Below are positions 20,937 through 39,565 of a stretch of 64,000 bases of DNA, in pieces. Below the pieces are notes generated by a model. It was not told the DNA's origin, did not search any database, and saw only the letters and a list, made by a program, of their open reading frames with translations. Made by a program: the position numbers and the translations under genes. Each line of letters starts with the position of its first letter. Positions within the stretch are counted from its first letter, which is position 1. The stretch lies in the NCBI GenBank assembly GCA_002104905.1, contig MCFE01000013.1, forward strand, positions 124,001-188,000, in the 5' to 3' direction. Source of the DNA: Basidiobolus meristosporus CBS 931.73 (lineage: Eukaryota; Fungi; Basidiobolomycota).

Positions 20937-21989
20937 TTAGTGGTTATGCATGTCAAGGACGATGCGTCCAGCAATCTTGCCAGCATGCATGTCCTCATAG
21001 ACTTGTGGAATGCTCTCCATATCCATGACCTTGTAGTGGCACTTGACCTTGCCGCGGGCAGCGAAGTCAAGAGCCTCAGCAAGATCTTGACGGTTACCAA
21101 CAATGGAACCACGGATGGTCAAACGCTGGAGGACAAGATCGAACACGGGGAAGGTGCCCTTGGCTCCGGCGGGAAGGGCAATGCAGGCAACAGTACCCCA
21201 ACGACGAGTGTAGTCAACAGCTTGTTGGAAGGGCTTCTCAGCGGGGGACAAGAGCAAGACACCGTGGGATCCTCCACCGGTGACCTCCTTGACAGTGGCA
21301 ACAACATCATCCTTCATGAAGTCAACAAAGTAGTCAGCTCCGAGCTCTTCAACACAAAGCTTTCTCTTGTCATCACCAGTATCGACGGCGACAACGTTCA
21401 TGCCCATAGCCTTGGCATACTGGACAGCCAAGTGACCAAGACCTCCACCAGCACCAACAATGGTGACGAATTGGCCAGAGCGGACCTCAGTCTCCTTGAG
21501 ACCCTTGTACACGGTGACACCGGCACAGAGGATAGGAGCAGCCTCGATAAGGGGAAGGTTGTCGGGAATGCGGGCAACGTGGGAGGCACGGGCAACACAG
21601 TACTCTTGGAAACTGCCGTCAACACTGTAGCCAGACATGTGTTGGTTGGGGCACACAGTCTCACGACCTTGGATGCAGTACTCGCAGGTCATACAGGCAG
21701 AGTGGAGCCAGACAACTCCGACAGAGTCGCCAATCTTGAGGTCCTTGACGTTGCTACCGAGAGCAACAACCTTACCGGCACCTTCGTGACCACCGACCAA
21801 GGGGAGCTTGGTGGGGATAGGCCAGTCACCCTCGGCGGCGTGGAGATCAGTGTGGCAGACACCGGTGTACTCGATCTTGACGAGAACATCATCAGGTCCA
21901 GGGGTAGGGACAGGAATGGTCTTGATCTCGACAGGTTTGTCGTGAGCCTCAATGACGGCAGCTTTCTGGGTCTGTGGAATTTGACACAT
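20937..21989 (-). CDS. ADH: Alcohol dehydrogenase ADH-3, 350 aa
   Basis: Complete ORF with all motifs; slightly different N-terminus (MCQIPQTQKAAVIEAHD). Confidence 0.96.
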   Translation of the reverse strand: MCQIPQTQKAAVIEAHDKPVEIKTIPVPTPGPDDVLVKIEYTGVCHTDLHAAEGDWPIPTKLPLVGGHEGAGKVVALGSNVKDLKIGDSVGVVWLHSACMTCEYCIQGRETVCPNQHMSGYSVDGSFQEYCVARASHVARIPDNLPLIEAAPILCAGVTVYKGLKETEVRSGQFVTIVGAGGGLGHLAVQYAKAMGMNVVAVDTGDDKRKLCVEELGADYFVDFMKDDVVATVKEVTGGGSHGVLLLSPAEKPFQQAVDYTRRWGTVACIALPAGAKGTFPVFDLVLQRLTIRGSIVGNRQDLAEALDFAARGKVKCHYKVMDMESIPQVYEDMHAGKIAGRIVLDMHNH

Positions 21990-22574
21990 AGTAGAAGTAG
22001 ATATTGAGCTTCACAATTCGTAGTTTGCTTTACTTTTATATTCGTTGTATGCCACAATCGGTCAATATACGATCGTTCGGCAAATATTTCGGCCTTGTTC
22101 AGACCTGGATCCCTACTCCACAATCCCCAGCTGCTCTAATTTGAATCCTGAAGGAGCGTGTCCCGACATCGAATCCAAATGATTAGACCAACTGAAATAC
22201 GCAACATTGAATAGGTTACCTTTTCTAGTAGTGGCAGCATTGTTCTGCTGAGGGTGGCGCAAGTCCACGTACCACATCTAATATCAATTGAGTATTAAAT
22301 TCCATATATGGCATACAGGCGAATATGTAAATGCCAATTTGGAAATCCTGATGTACTTGGAGATTAGCATCAAATCAACCTAGTGGTAATCCTAAGAGTA
22401 CTTATTATAGCAATGGATTTGGACCTGGAATCAGCTTGATGATCGTGAAACTTCGGAATGATTCACTATAAGATTAACCTCTGAATGAAATCACACTGTA
22501 CCAATAAAGCAACTGTGGCCTCGACTCAAAATATGGAAAAACTTGGATGAATCTAAGATGCTAAGTTTCGTGTA

Positions 22575-22645
22575 ATACACCATCAGCATTCCCTAACTTC
22601 CTTCGAAATGGCGGTCAACATGCAAACTATTAACGTAAACTAGAA
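22575..22645 (+). pseudogene. 5'-terminal PDC remnant (leader plus first codons) between ADH-3 and ADH-4
   Basis: caccatcagcattc...ATG GCG GTC AAC ATG CAA ACT ATT (ATG at 22608; MAVNMQTI) matches the PDC-6 leader caccattagcattc and start MASNMQTM. It lies about 620 bp from the ADH-3 ATG. Confidence 0.7.
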
Positions 22646-22963
22646 CCGTATCTTTTATCTGATATAGATCAGCATAGATATCGAAAGTAGTGGATACATT
22701 CTTGAAGGAATTAAGTGGGTAGGTACCAGCGACTAGATTTCATTTGAGTAGTAGGCCGTAATCGCTATATTCTTCTCCTCGAGATTAAAACTGCGAGAGT
22801 ATTATTTCAATCTTATTCCATATAATACCATTAACCATATTAATTATAATCAATAATCACATTAGTACATCACTAATCAGGGCATTGGGCATTCACGTCA
22901 GAAAACAATTTATTATCGGTAAAATTACTTAAAATATACAAGTTGATAAGAAGTCTAAAAACC

Positions 22964-24017
22964 TTAATGGTTATGTAAATCCAAGACAATACGGCCAGCG
23001 ATCTTTCCAGCATGCATGTCCTCATAGACTTGTGGAATGCTCTCCATATCCATGACCTTGTAGTGGCACTTGACCTTACCGCGGGCAGCGAAGTCAAGAG
23101 CTTCAGCAAGATCTTGACGGTTACCAACAATGGAACCACGGATGGTCAAACGTTGGAGGACAAGGTCAAATACGGGGAAGGTACCCTTGGCTCCGGCGGG
23201 AAGGGCAATGCAGGCAACAGTACCCCAACGACGAGTGTAGTCAACAGCTTGTTGGAAGGGCTTCTCAGCAGGGGACAAGAGCAAGACACCGTGGGATCCT
23301 CCACCGGTGACCTCCTTGACAGTGGCAACAACGTCATCCTTCATGAAGTCAACAAAGTAGTCAGCTCCGAGCTCTTCAACACAAAGCTTTCTCTTGTCAT
23401 CACCGGTGTCAACGGCAACAACGTTCATGCCCATAGCCTTGGCATACTGGACAGCCAAGTGACCAAGACCTCCACCAGCACCAACAATGGTGACGAATTG
23501 GCCAGAGCGGACCTCAGTCTCCTTGAGACCCTTGTACACGGTGACACCGGCACAGAGGATAGGAGCAGCCTCGATGAGGGGAAGGTTGTCGGGAATGCGG
23601 GCAACGTGGGAGGCACGGGCAACACAGTACTCTTGGAAACTACCGATCAACGCTGTAGCCAGACATATGTTGGTTGGGGCACACAGTCTCACGACCTTGG
23701 ATGCAGTACTCGCAGGTCATACAGGCAGAGTGGAGCCAGACAACTCCGACAGAGTCGCCAATCTTAAGGTCCTTGACGTTGCTACCGAGAGCAACAACCT
23801 TACCGGCACCTTCGTGACCACCGACCAAGGGGAGCTTGGTGGGGATAGGCCAGTCACCCTCGGCGGCGTGGAGATCAGTGTGGCAGACACCGGTGTACTC
23901 GATCTTGACGAGAACATCATCAGGTCCGGGAGTGGGAACAGCGATGGTCTTGATCTCAACTGGTTTGTCGTGAGATTCGATGACAGCGGCTTTTTGAGTC
24001 TTGGGGATTTGACACAT
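22964..24017 (-). pseudogene. ADH: ADH-4: full-length ADH with one frameshift (recent pseudogene or sequencing error)
   Basis: One extra base near 23645 (taccgatcaac versus tgccgtcaac/taccatcaac) splits the ORF into 23640-24017 and 22964-23692. Otherwise intact. Confidence 0.85.
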
Positions 24018-26479
<2,462 letters not shown>

Positions 26480-26568
26480 ATTTTCATAATAAGCATAGAT
26501 ACATAGATGATAACTTCGAAATTCAATATCAATTACTTGTAAAATAAAGAGAACACCCTAAAGATTAG

Positions 26569-27850
26569 CCCTATGGTGCCAAATGGTCCGATTGTATATA
26601 AGTTACGTTGACCTCATACAAAGGATATATGTAGTGAAAATGAAATGAAGGAAATCTCCCAAGTACGTACCTGGTGATTGTATATTTTCAAAAAATTCTT
26701 GTTGTATATGGCCTCCAATCATTGAGGAATAATGGTTATGGCTTTAAACAGTTGTATTTCAAACATTTAAATGCCAACCCACTGACTCTGAAGAATTATT
26801 GGATATTGTTTGTTTTCTCATATACCACCTTCAAGCGCTTGGCATAGCAGCCTTTACACATTGGATGGTTAGGGTTGCAACTGCATGGAAACCTAACCTT
26901 AATGCCTGTAACATGAGCGGCAGTACAGGTTTTGCAAGCCAATATACGGCTCTTTGAGCCATAACCTTCACTCATCAACAGGTAAGTGTGGTATTCATCA
27001 CTTCTGAGTTGCCTCTAGCTATCAGGTGGTCACTTGATGCCTGTACTAGCCAAGTTCTTACAATATTGCAAAAGCCGGTATGCTAAAACATCCTGAAAGA
27101 CGAATGAGATACACTACGCTTTTGATAAGATAATGTACAATAGGAGCTATAGGTACTCACTTCGCAGATTCCCGGGATGAAACCGTAGAGACGCATCTTC
27201 CATCTTTCTGTAGATATAACATCATGGTAAGATGTGAAATTATCTCGAAGGTTATTAGCGGTAATATCCGAACCTCCAAATATAGTCAATGGAGCACATG
27301 TTTCTTCAAGAGAGGAGTCTACTTACTTTTATGGGTCTCATATTCTTCAAGCACTTCAGGTCGCTGGATAGTTATCACTTCACCATCGTCCCCTAAAAAA
27401 GCTATCCATCTAGTAAGCCATGGTCGGTAGCAGCGCTTGGGCACTTACATATTGAAACACAGATCAAGTTCAGCTAACATCATTGTCATATTTGGGGATC
27501 CAAACCAAGAGTCAGCAATAACGGTACGGCCTGTACCAAACCAATGCCCAACTAGTCGCTTGACACCGGAAGCCAACTTGGATATACCAAGATCACTGTC
27601 GTATTCCTTCTGGAACCGAACACTCACCGTATCTATTCTCAGCGTGCAAGCATTTTCCCAAGATATCATCACTGTTAGCCTTGATATACTCCAATCAGCT
27701 TTATGAAACAGTCGATGTGATCCCCAGTACCAGATCCAAAATGACATCGTATTTCACATTGTCGTTAACTGTCGAGTGTGAATTGGGAACTCCCTTAAAG
27801 CTCAAACCAGGTGCACTTCCAGTCAAAACGCAGAGATAAAAGACGTTTGA
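26569..27850 (-). mobile_element. Degenerate piggyBac-like (DDE_Tnp_1_7-type) transposon fragment
   Basis: Minus strand: WFGTGRTVIADSWFGS (catalytic-Asp motif), IQRPEVLEEYETHK, ANNLRDNFTSYHDVISTERWKMRLYGF and a Cys-rich C-terminal domain (CKTC..CSC..CKGC). About 1.4 kb of extra DNA relative to the homologous spacer 12752-13268. Possible end TTAG|CCCT at 26565-26572; other end not found. Confidence 0.8.
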
Positions 27851-28365
27851 CTCTATTATATTTGATAAATTGCTTGGATACTGTTACATGCGCATTAAAA
27901 TCAAGATGTTTCCTGGCAGGGAGCCATGACTCAAGTCTTGAGAAAATATAAAAAGCATATGATAAATTATCAAAACAACTCCAAAAAATAAATATTCAAT
28001 TGCTTGAATATCTGAATAAGATGCTCAAAATGTCGTACATTTTGACTATGTTCTTCAATTGCTGTAAGCAGTTCAAAGTTATGAGACGTATCCTACTCCT
28101 TGAATCAAGCGGAATATGTGTATGCCGTGTCAAAGTACATCAAAGTATTGTAACCTTTTCAAGAATGTGGTAGGCTGTAATTAATTACGTATATTACGAT
28201 TAAATTTACAATTGAAAAAATTGAAGTTAATTATGTTAGACAATGTTAAGTAGTAAATCGAGATATTATTGAACTTGAATGATGCTAAGATTACTTTTGA
28301 TTGGAATAATGGTTTATTTGAAATTTTATGAAACAGGCTGTACAGGTCTAATGGTGCTACAAGAT

Positions 28366-29418
28366 TCAGTGATTGTGCATGTCAAGAACAATGCGTCCAG
28401 CAATCTTCCCGGCATGCATGTCTTCATAGACTTGTGGAATGCTCTCCATATCCATGACCTTGTAGTGGCACTTGACCTTACCGCGGGCAGCGAAGTCAAG
28501 AGCTTCAGCAAGATCTTGACGGTTACCAACAATGGAACCACGGATGGTCAAACGTTGGAGGACAAGATCGAACACGGGGAAGGTGCCCTTGGCTCCGGCG
28601 GGAAGGGCAATGCAGGCAACAGTACCCCAACGACGAGTGTAGTCAACAGCTTGTTGGAAGGGCTTCTCAGCAGGGGACAAGAGCAAGACACCGTGGGATC
28701 CTCCACCAGTGACCTCCTTGACAGTGGCAACAACATCATCCTTCATGAAGTCAACAAAGTAGTCAGCTCCGAGCTCTTCAACACAAAGCTTTCTCTTATC
28801 ATCACCAGTATCGACGGCAACGACATTCATGCCCATAGCCTTGGCATATTGGACAGCCAAGTGACCGAGACCTCCACCAGCACCAACAATGGTGACAAAT
28901 TGGCCAGAGCGGACCTCAGTCTCCTTGAGACCCTTGTACACGGTGACACCGGCACAGAGGATAGGAGCAGCCTCGATGAGGGGAAGGTTGTCGGGAATGC
29001 GGGCAACGTGGGAGGCACGGGCAACACAGTACTCTTGGAAACTGCCGTCAACACTGTAGCCAGACATGTGTTGGTTGGGGCACACAGTCTCACGACCTTG
29101 GATGCAGTACTCGCAGGTCATACAGGCGGAGTGGAGCCAGACAACTCCGACAGAGTCGCCAATCTTGAGGTCCTTGACGTTGCTACCGAGAGCAACAACC
29201 TTACCGGCACCTTCGTGACCACCGACCAAGGGGAGCTTGGTGGGGATAGGCCAGTCACCCTCGGCGGCGTGGAGATCAGTGTGGCAGACACCGGTGTACT
29301 CGATCTTGACGAGAACATCATCAGGTCCGGGAGTGGGAACAGCGATGGTCTTGATCTCAACTGGTTTGTCGTGAGATTCGATGACAGCGGCTTTTTGAGT
29401 CTTGGGGATTTGGCACAT
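28366..29418 (-). CDS. ADH: Alcohol dehydrogenase ADH-5, 350 aa
   Basis: Complete ORF from MCQIPKT (29418); protein and promoter match ADH-1. Confidence 0.95.
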   Translation of the reverse strand: MCQIPKTQKAAVIESHDKPVEIKTIAVPTPGPDDVLVKIEYTGVCHTDLHAAEGDWPIPTKLPLVGGHEGAGKVVALGSNVKDLKIGDSVGVVWLHSACMTCEYCIQGRETVCPNQHMSGYSVDGSFQEYCVARASHVARIPDNLPLIEAAPILCAGVTVYKGLKETEVRSGQFVTIVGAGGGLGHLAVQYAKAMGMNVVAVDTGDDKRKLCVEELGADYFVDFMKDDVVATVKEVTGGGSHGVLLLSPAEKPFQQAVDYTRRWGTVACIALPAGAKGTFPVFDLVLQRLTIRGSIVGNRQDLAEALDFAARGKVKCHYKVMDMESIPQVYEDMHAGKIAGRIVLDMHNH

Positions 29419-29959
29419 AATGAAATAAATTATGGTATTAGAACCATAGGACTTTGCGTTTATATATGAATCGACTTTTGCTATCCGCTCAATCATCGGG
29501 TAAATGAACATGCACATATTCAATCTGGATCCCTACCAACCCCATTGAGTCTATGACCCCTCGAAACCTAGGTTCGACTTTTGCTACGATAACACCCTAA
29601 ATTTTTACCATATAGAGTATACCTGTAGAAAAATTGACATTTGCAGTGAAGGAAACATGTATATCATTTGGCACAGCAATAATGAAATATTGCTTGACGT
29701 CGGCTTGCCAGTTGAGTAATGCTATCCTTCCATTCAAGGAAGCAATTCTTTATTTGGTAATTGACGCTCTATATTTACCAATGGCGGCAATTCTTTAGAT
29801 CTGGAATCACGTACGATTTTGGGACATTTCGGAATCCATTTCTATCAGATTAAACCAGGCTGGTTGATGACATTTTCACAAAAAGGCAATTCTGTCAATT
29901 TAAAAGGAAATCAATATCTTATAAATGGTTGTGGTTTGAATACCAATATCGATAGTCAA

Positions 29960-30080
29960 TTGAAGTAGGTTGAAAGCCGCGAAGACGAGATCAATATGTT
30001 GAGGTAATATGGACTAGTTGGATGTCTCCGAAAATTCGGTCAAGCGAGCGGAAGCCTCTACTACGCTTAACCGCCATTAA
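29960..30080 (+). pseudogene. 3'-terminal PDC remnant between ADH-5 and ADH-6
   Basis: ttgaagtaggttgaaagccgcgaagacgagatcaat...ggactagttggatg...ggtcaagc...cttaaccgc aligns with the PDC 3' end. Same position as the 14871-14994 remnant but more decayed. Confidence 0.8.
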
Positions 30081-30324
30081 TAGAATATATTTTTCGTTTA
30101 TCGTAGAATTGATATAATGAACGAATAGTGAATACCCCTCAATATAATCAACAGGAAGTATTTTCAATAAAACCTCCCAAGAGCAAATGAATATCGAAAT
30201 CGGTTTCATGGAGCTAAAATATATAGTAGTGCACCAGTGTCCAGGTGAATGAAATTGCGTTGAGTGGGTATTTATTTTCAAAAAAATAGTTTCAATGTAC
30301 AAGTTGACACAATGTCTCTAAGCC

Positions 30325-31377
30325 TTAATGGTTATGTAAATCCAAGACAATACGGCCAGCGATCTTTCCAGCATGCATGTCCTCATAGACTTGTGGAATG
30401 CTCTCCATATCCATGACCTTGTAGTGGCATCTGACCTTACCGCGGGCAGCGAAGTCAAGAGCTTCAGCAAGATCTTGACGGTTACCAACAATGGAACCAC
30501 GGATGGTCAAACGCTGGAGGACAAGATCGAACACGGGGAAGGTACCCTTGGCTCCGGCGGGAAGGGCAATGCAGGCAACAGTACCCCAACGACGAGTGTA
30601 GTCAACAGCTTGTTGGAAGGGCTTCTCAGCAGGGGACAAGAGCAAGACACCGTGGGATCCTCCACCAGTGACCTCCTTGACAGTGGCAACAACATCATCC
30701 TTCATGAAGTCAACAAAGTAGTCAGCTCCGAGCTCTTCAACGCAGAGCTTTCTCTTGTCATCACCGGTGTCAACGGCAACAACGTTCATGCCCATAGCCT
30801 TGGCATACTGGACAGCCAAGTGACCAAGACCTCCACCAGCACCAACAATGGTGACGAATTGGCCAGAGCGGACCTCAGTCTCCTTGAGACCCTTGTACAC
30901 GGTGACACCGGCACAGAGGATAGGAGCAGCCTCGATGAGGGGAAGGTTGTCGGGAATGCGGGCAACGTGGGAGGCACGGGCAACACAGTACTCTTGGAAA
31001 CTGCCGTCAACACTGTAGCCAGACATGTGTTGGTTGGGGCACACAGTCTCACGACCTTGGATGCAGTACTCGCAGGTCATACAGGCAGAGTGGAGCCAGA
31101 CAACTCCGACAGAGTCGCCAATCTTGAGGTCCTTGACGTTGCTACCGAGAGCAACAACCTTACCGGCACCTTCGTGACCACCGACCAAGGGGAGCTTGGT
31201 GGGGATAGGCCAGTCACCCTCGGCGGCGTGGAGATCAGTGTGGCAGACACCAGTGTACTCGATCTTGACGAGAACATCATCAGGTCCGGGAGTGGGAACA
31301 GCGATGGTCTTGATCTCAACTGGTTTGTCGTGAGATTCGATGACAGCGGCTTTCTGAGTCTTGGGGATTTGACACAT
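30325..31377 (-). CDS. ADH: Alcohol dehydrogenase ADH-6, 350 aa
   Basis: Complete ORF with all motifs; head-to-head with PDC-8. Confidence 0.96.
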   Translation of the reverse strand: MCQIPKTQKAAVIESHDKPVEIKTIAVPTPGPDDVLVKIEYTGVCHTDLHAAEGDWPIPTKLPLVGGHEGAGKVVALGSNVKDLKIGDSVGVVWLHSACMTCEYCIQGRETVCPNQHMSGYSVDGSFQEYCVARASHVARIPDNLPLIEAAPILCAGVTVYKGLKETEVRSGQFVTIVGAGGGLGHLAVQYAKAMGMNVVAVDTGDDKRKLCVEELGADYFVDFMKDDVVATVKEVTGGGSHGVLLLSPAEKPFQQAVDYTRRWGTVACIALPAGAKGTFPVFDLVLQRLTIRGSIVGNRQDLAEALDFAARGKVRCHYKVMDMESIPQVYEDMHAGKIAGRIVLDLHNH

Positions 31378-33839
<2,462 letters not shown>

Positions 33840-34546
33840 GCGTTCACACTAACTACTAATGCATAGACAGTAATTTCGATCTACAATACGCTAACTAGTT
33901 GTAAAATATTATGATATTAAATAAATAGTGATATACTGCACATATATAACCTATTGTAGTATAGCAATAGTGCACGTTCTCTGTGTGATCTTTTCGAAGT
34001 AGTAGATTTATATGAGATAGAGACTTCTGTTGAATATTTGAATCTGATGTGGGAAATCCATATCAATTGGGTGCGGATAAAGTGAAATGTGTGCCGCAGG
34101 TCTGACCCATATGGTCACTAGGCTAGGTTAGTTATTTATTTTGGTGGACTGGTAAGATTCAAACCAAAATATGATTGAGCAACTGATTGTTGTGCCTCTC
34201 AATAATTTTGTTAAGAATCGCGTAAAGCATTTCAGAGACAGTACAATAAATACTTCGCCTAAAGCTCAAATTGACGAATTCTTAGCGCAATATTTCCACA
34301 TATTGCTTGGTCTCCGATTCGTTAAGTGGTATTGTTTTAGCACAATGCTTATCTCTAATACATAAAATGCCGATCGTTGAATTATAGCAATAGTAGAAAT
34401 AGTTGGAATACATTGCTTAAAATATATTTCATGAAATTAAAACAATACATTGTGACGCTTCAGAATACTTCAACAAAATCATGTACTGCGACATTATGAA
34501 TTTATTCAACCGCATATTCAGTTATTTACATTCTATTTCAAAAACC

Positions 34547-35599
34547 TTAATGGTTGTGCAAGTCAAGGATGATACGTCCGGCAATCTTGCCAGCGTGCAT
34601 ATCCTCGTAGATCTGGGGAATCTTCTCCAAATCCATGACCTTGTAGTGGCATCTGACCTTACCGCGAGCAGCGAAGTCAAGAGCCTCAGCAAGATCTTGA
34701 CGGTTACCAACAATGGAACCACGGATGGTCAAACGCTGGAGGACAAGATCGAACACGGGGAAGGTGCCCTTGGCTCCGGCGGGAAGGGCAATGCAGGCAA
34801 CAGTACCCCAGCGACGAGTGTAGTCAACAGCTTGTTGGAAGGGCTTCTCAGCAGGGGACAAGAGCAAGACACCGTGGGATCCTCCACCGGTGACCTCCTT
34901 GACAGTGGCAACAACATCATCCTTCATGAAGTCAACAAAGTAGTCAGCTCCGAGCTCTTCAACGCAGAGTTTTCTCTTGTCATCACCAGTATCGACGGCG
35001 ACAACGTTCATGCCCATAGCCTTGGCATACTGGACAGCCAAGTGACCGAGACCTCCACCAGCACCAACAATGGTGACAAATTGGCCAGAGCGGACCTCAG
35101 TCTCCTTGAGACCCTTGTACACGGTGACACCGGCACAGAGGATAGGAGCAGCCTCGATGAGAGGAAGGTTGTCGGGAATGCGGGCAACGTGGGAGGCACG
35201 GGCAACACAGTACTCTTGGAAACTGCCATCAACACTGTAGCCAGACATGTGTTGGTTGGGGCACACAGTCTCACGACCTTGGATGCAGTACTCGCAGGTC
35301 ATACAGGCGGAGTGGAGCCAGACGACTCCGACAGAGTCACCAATCTTGAGGTCCTTGACGTTGCTACCGAGAGCAACAACCTTACCGGCACCTTCGTGAC
35401 CACCGACCAAGGGGAGCTTGGTGGGGATAGGCCAGTCACCCTCGGCGGCGTGGAGATCAGTGTGGCAGACACCGGTGTACTCGATCTTGACGAGAACATC
35501 ATCAGGTCCAGGAGTGGGGACAGGGATGGTCTGAATCTCGACTGGTTTGTCGTGAGATTCGATGACAGCGGCTTTCTGAGTCTTGGGAATTTGGCACAT
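34547..35599 (-). CDS. ADH: Alcohol dehydrogenase ADH-7, 350 aa
   Basis: Complete ORF from MCQIPKT (35599). First copy with the C-terminal variant VRCHYKVMDLEKIPQIY. Confidence 0.96.
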   Translation of the reverse strand: MCQIPKTQKAAVIESHDKPVEIQTIPVPTPGPDDVLVKIEYTGVCHTDLHAAEGDWPIPTKLPLVGGHEGAGKVVALGSNVKDLKIGDSVGVVWLHSACMTCEYCIQGRETVCPNQHMSGYSVDGSFQEYCVARASHVARIPDNLPLIEAAPILCAGVTVYKGLKETEVRSGQFVTIVGAGGGLGHLAVQYAKAMGMNVVAVDTGDDKRKLCVEELGADYFVDFMKDDVVATVKEVTGGGSHGVLLLSPAEKPFQQAVDYTRRWGTVACIALPAGAKGTFPVFDLVLQRLTIRGSIVGNRQDLAEALDFAARGKVRCHYKVMDLEKIPQIYEDMHAGKIAGRIILDLHNH

Positions 35600-38057
<2,458 letters not shown>

Positions 38058-38512
38058 TTTAGTATACTGCATCAATAATAGAGTTTGTAAAATAAAGTAA
38101 TGTTCTAAAACATTTTAAAGTCATTTCATGAAAGACAGAGTTGTGATTATATTGGTTTCAGTTCAAGACTTGGTTGTGATTATATTGATTTAAGACTTTA
38201 ACGTTACAAACGTTATCTACATATTAACCATATTCACAAGCTTTTGTGCGATATTCTTAATTTTCATACTTTTACAATCCTACTATTCTCAACTACCATC
38301 CTTCACTGATATTCATAATCAATTCCTTTGGCCTTAAGTTGTCTGACAAATTTCACCCAATTTAAATCCCATGCAGTTATTATTAGAATATATTTCATGG
38401 AGTTAAACCCATACGCTGTGACTCTTCAGAATACTTCAACAAAATCATGTACTGCGACATTAAGAATTTATTCAACCGCATATTCAGTTATTTACATTCT
38501 ATTTCAAAAACC

Positions 38513-39565
38513 TTAATGGTTGTGCAAGTCAAGGATGATACGTCCGGCAATCTTGCCAGCGTGCATATCCTCGTAGATCTGGGGAATCTTCTCCAAATCC
38601 ATGACCTTGTAGTGGCATCTGACCTTACCGCGAGCAGCGAAGTCAAGAGCCTCAGCAAGATCTTGACGGTTACCAACAATGGAACCACGGATGGTCAAAC
38701 GCTGGAGGACAAGATCGAACACGGGGAAGGTGCCCTTGGCTCCGGCGGGAAGTGCAATACAGGCAACAGTACCCCAGCGACGAGTGTAGTCAACAGCTTG
38801 TTGGAAGGGCTTCTCAGCAGGGGACAAGAGCAAGACACCATGGGATCCTCCACCGGTGACCTCCTTGACAGTGGCAACAACATCATCCTTCATGAAGTCA
38901 ACAAAGTAGTCAGCTCCGAGCTCTTCAACGCAAAGCTTTCTCTTGTCGTCACCGGTATCGACGGCGACAACGTTCATGCCCATAGCCTTGGCATACTGGA
39001 CAGCCAAGTGACCGAGACCTCCACCAGCACCAACAATGGTGACAAATTGGCCAGAGCGGACCTCAGTCTCCTTGAGACCCTTGTACACGGTGACACCGGC
39101 ACAGAGGATAGGAGCAGCTTCGATCAGAGGAAGGTTGTCGGGAATGCGGGCAACGTGGGAGGCACGGGCAACACAGTACTCTTGGAAACTGCCGTCAACA
39201 CTGTATCCTGACATGTGTTGGTTGGGGCACACAGTCTCACGACCTTGGATGCAGTACTCGCAGGTCATACAGGCAGAGTGGAGCCAGACAACTCCGACAG
39301 AGTCGCCAATCTTGAGGTCCTTGACGTTGCTACCGAGAGCAACAACCTTACCGGCACCTTCGTGACCACCGACCAAGGGAAGCTTGGTGGGGATAGGCCA
39401 GTCACCCTCGGCGGCGTGGAGATCAGTGTGGCAAACACCGGTGTACTCGATCTTGACGAGGACGTCATCAGGTCCGGGAGTAGGGACAGGGATGGTCTGA
39501 ATCTCGACTGGTTTGTCGTGAGATTCGATGACGGCGGCTTTTTGAGTCTTAGGGATTTGGCACAT
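38513..39565 (-). CDS. ADH: Alcohol dehydrogenase ADH-8, 350 aa
   Basis: Complete ORF from MCQIPKT (39565); TATATAA on - about 40 bp upstream. Confidence 0.95.
   Translation of the reverse strand: MCQIPKTQKAAVIESHDKPVEIQTIPVPTPGPDDVLVKIEYTGVCHTDLHAAEGDWPIPTKLPLVGGHEGAGKVVALGSNVKDLKIGDSVGVVWLHSACMTCEYCIQGRETVCPNQHMSGYSVDGSFQEYCVARASHVARIPDNLPLIEAAPILCAGVTVYKGLKETEVRSGQFVTIVGAGGGLGHLAVQYAKAMGMNVVAVDTGDDKRKLCVEELGADYFVDFMKDDVVATVKEVTGGGSHGVLLLSPAEKPFQQAVDYTRRWGTVACIALPAGAKGTFPVFDLVLQRLTIRGSIVGNRQDLAEALDFAARGKVRCHYKVMDLEKIPQIYEDMHAGKIAGRIILDLHNH

Noticed and set aside
26565-27950. Terminal inverted repeats and TTAA duplications for the piggyBac relics
   Set aside because: Only one TTAG|CCCT candidate end was seen; no matching inverted partner found.
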